Shown piece after piece: positions 63,639 through 64,000 of a DNA stretch of 64,000 bases. Position 1 is the first letter of the stretch. Every line of letters begins with the position of its first letter. Source of the DNA: Aulosira sp. ZfuVER01 (GTDB taxonomy: Bacteria; Cyanobacteriota; Cyanobacteriia; Cyanobacteriales; Nostocaceae); contig JAVRCV020000048.1 in the NCBI GenBank assembly GCA_034530615.2, positions 51,366 through 115,365 on the forward strand. The letters run 5' to 3'. The notes under the pieces were generated by a model that worked only from the letters and a program-made list of their open reading frames with translations, was not told where the DNA came from and searched no databases. Both the position numbers and the translations under genes were made by a program.

Positions 63639-64000
63639 ATTTTTTACACTTTACTCATTATTAGGCTTCTTGCAAAAATCCGAATATGAATAAAAGGAAC
63701 TACAGATACATTAGGGCTTGCTGAAAAAGTAATAAAAAAGCCTTTGAAGAATTAATTTGTTATTCAAGTAAGAAACAAGATAAGTTTTTATTTACTATGA
63801 GTTGATAAAGCATAAGCCTCAATAATAGTAGATAGGAAAAAAGGTGTATTTTTCAAATATAGACACAAAAAAGCCGTAATTAACCGTGACAGATGAGCAG
63901 ATAGATTCATCACTAAAAAAGTCATAGCAATTGCAGTTTGACAAGTATAGCTATAGCCATCAAGATTAGGACGTAAACTATAAGAGTTCCCAAGTGCATC

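Noticed and set aside
63660..64000. Possible IS/MITE ends (GGCTTCTTGCAAAAA; GGGCTTGCTGAAAAA)
   Set aside because: No matching opposite end or transposase before the window ends.

Overview
Core-chromosome window of a filamentous, probably heterocyst-forming (Nostocales) cyanobacterium, judged from dense HIP1 GCGATCGC octamers, heptamer STRR repeats and gene content. It is mostly housekeeping: hli, sigA, gyrB, miaA, glcD, ldhA, ridA, malQ, rodZ-like, cdsA, cbiT, tatA, cphA/cphB, trmD, ispF, larB, argH, coaX, flv3/flv1, an rbp gene, an RND pump, two tRNAs and the rplS-trnW-secE-nusG-rplKAJL cluster. There is no transposase, phage or CRISPR array. The main unexplained element lies between a Ser/Thr kinase gene and ridA: a 157-aa uncharacterised helical protein gene (20193-20666) followed by a 13 x 21-bp tandem array (19289-19561) that is open in several frames and carries a small hairpin in most units. 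Other highlights are a cyanobacteriochrome-type sensor with a degenerate (His-to-Gln) kinase core, a Cya2-like putative guanylate cyclase with a c-heme sensor domain, a perfect NtcA-type promoter before a NUDIX gene, and several miniature or nested mobile repeats. All protein calls rest on motif recognition from memory; no database searches were run.
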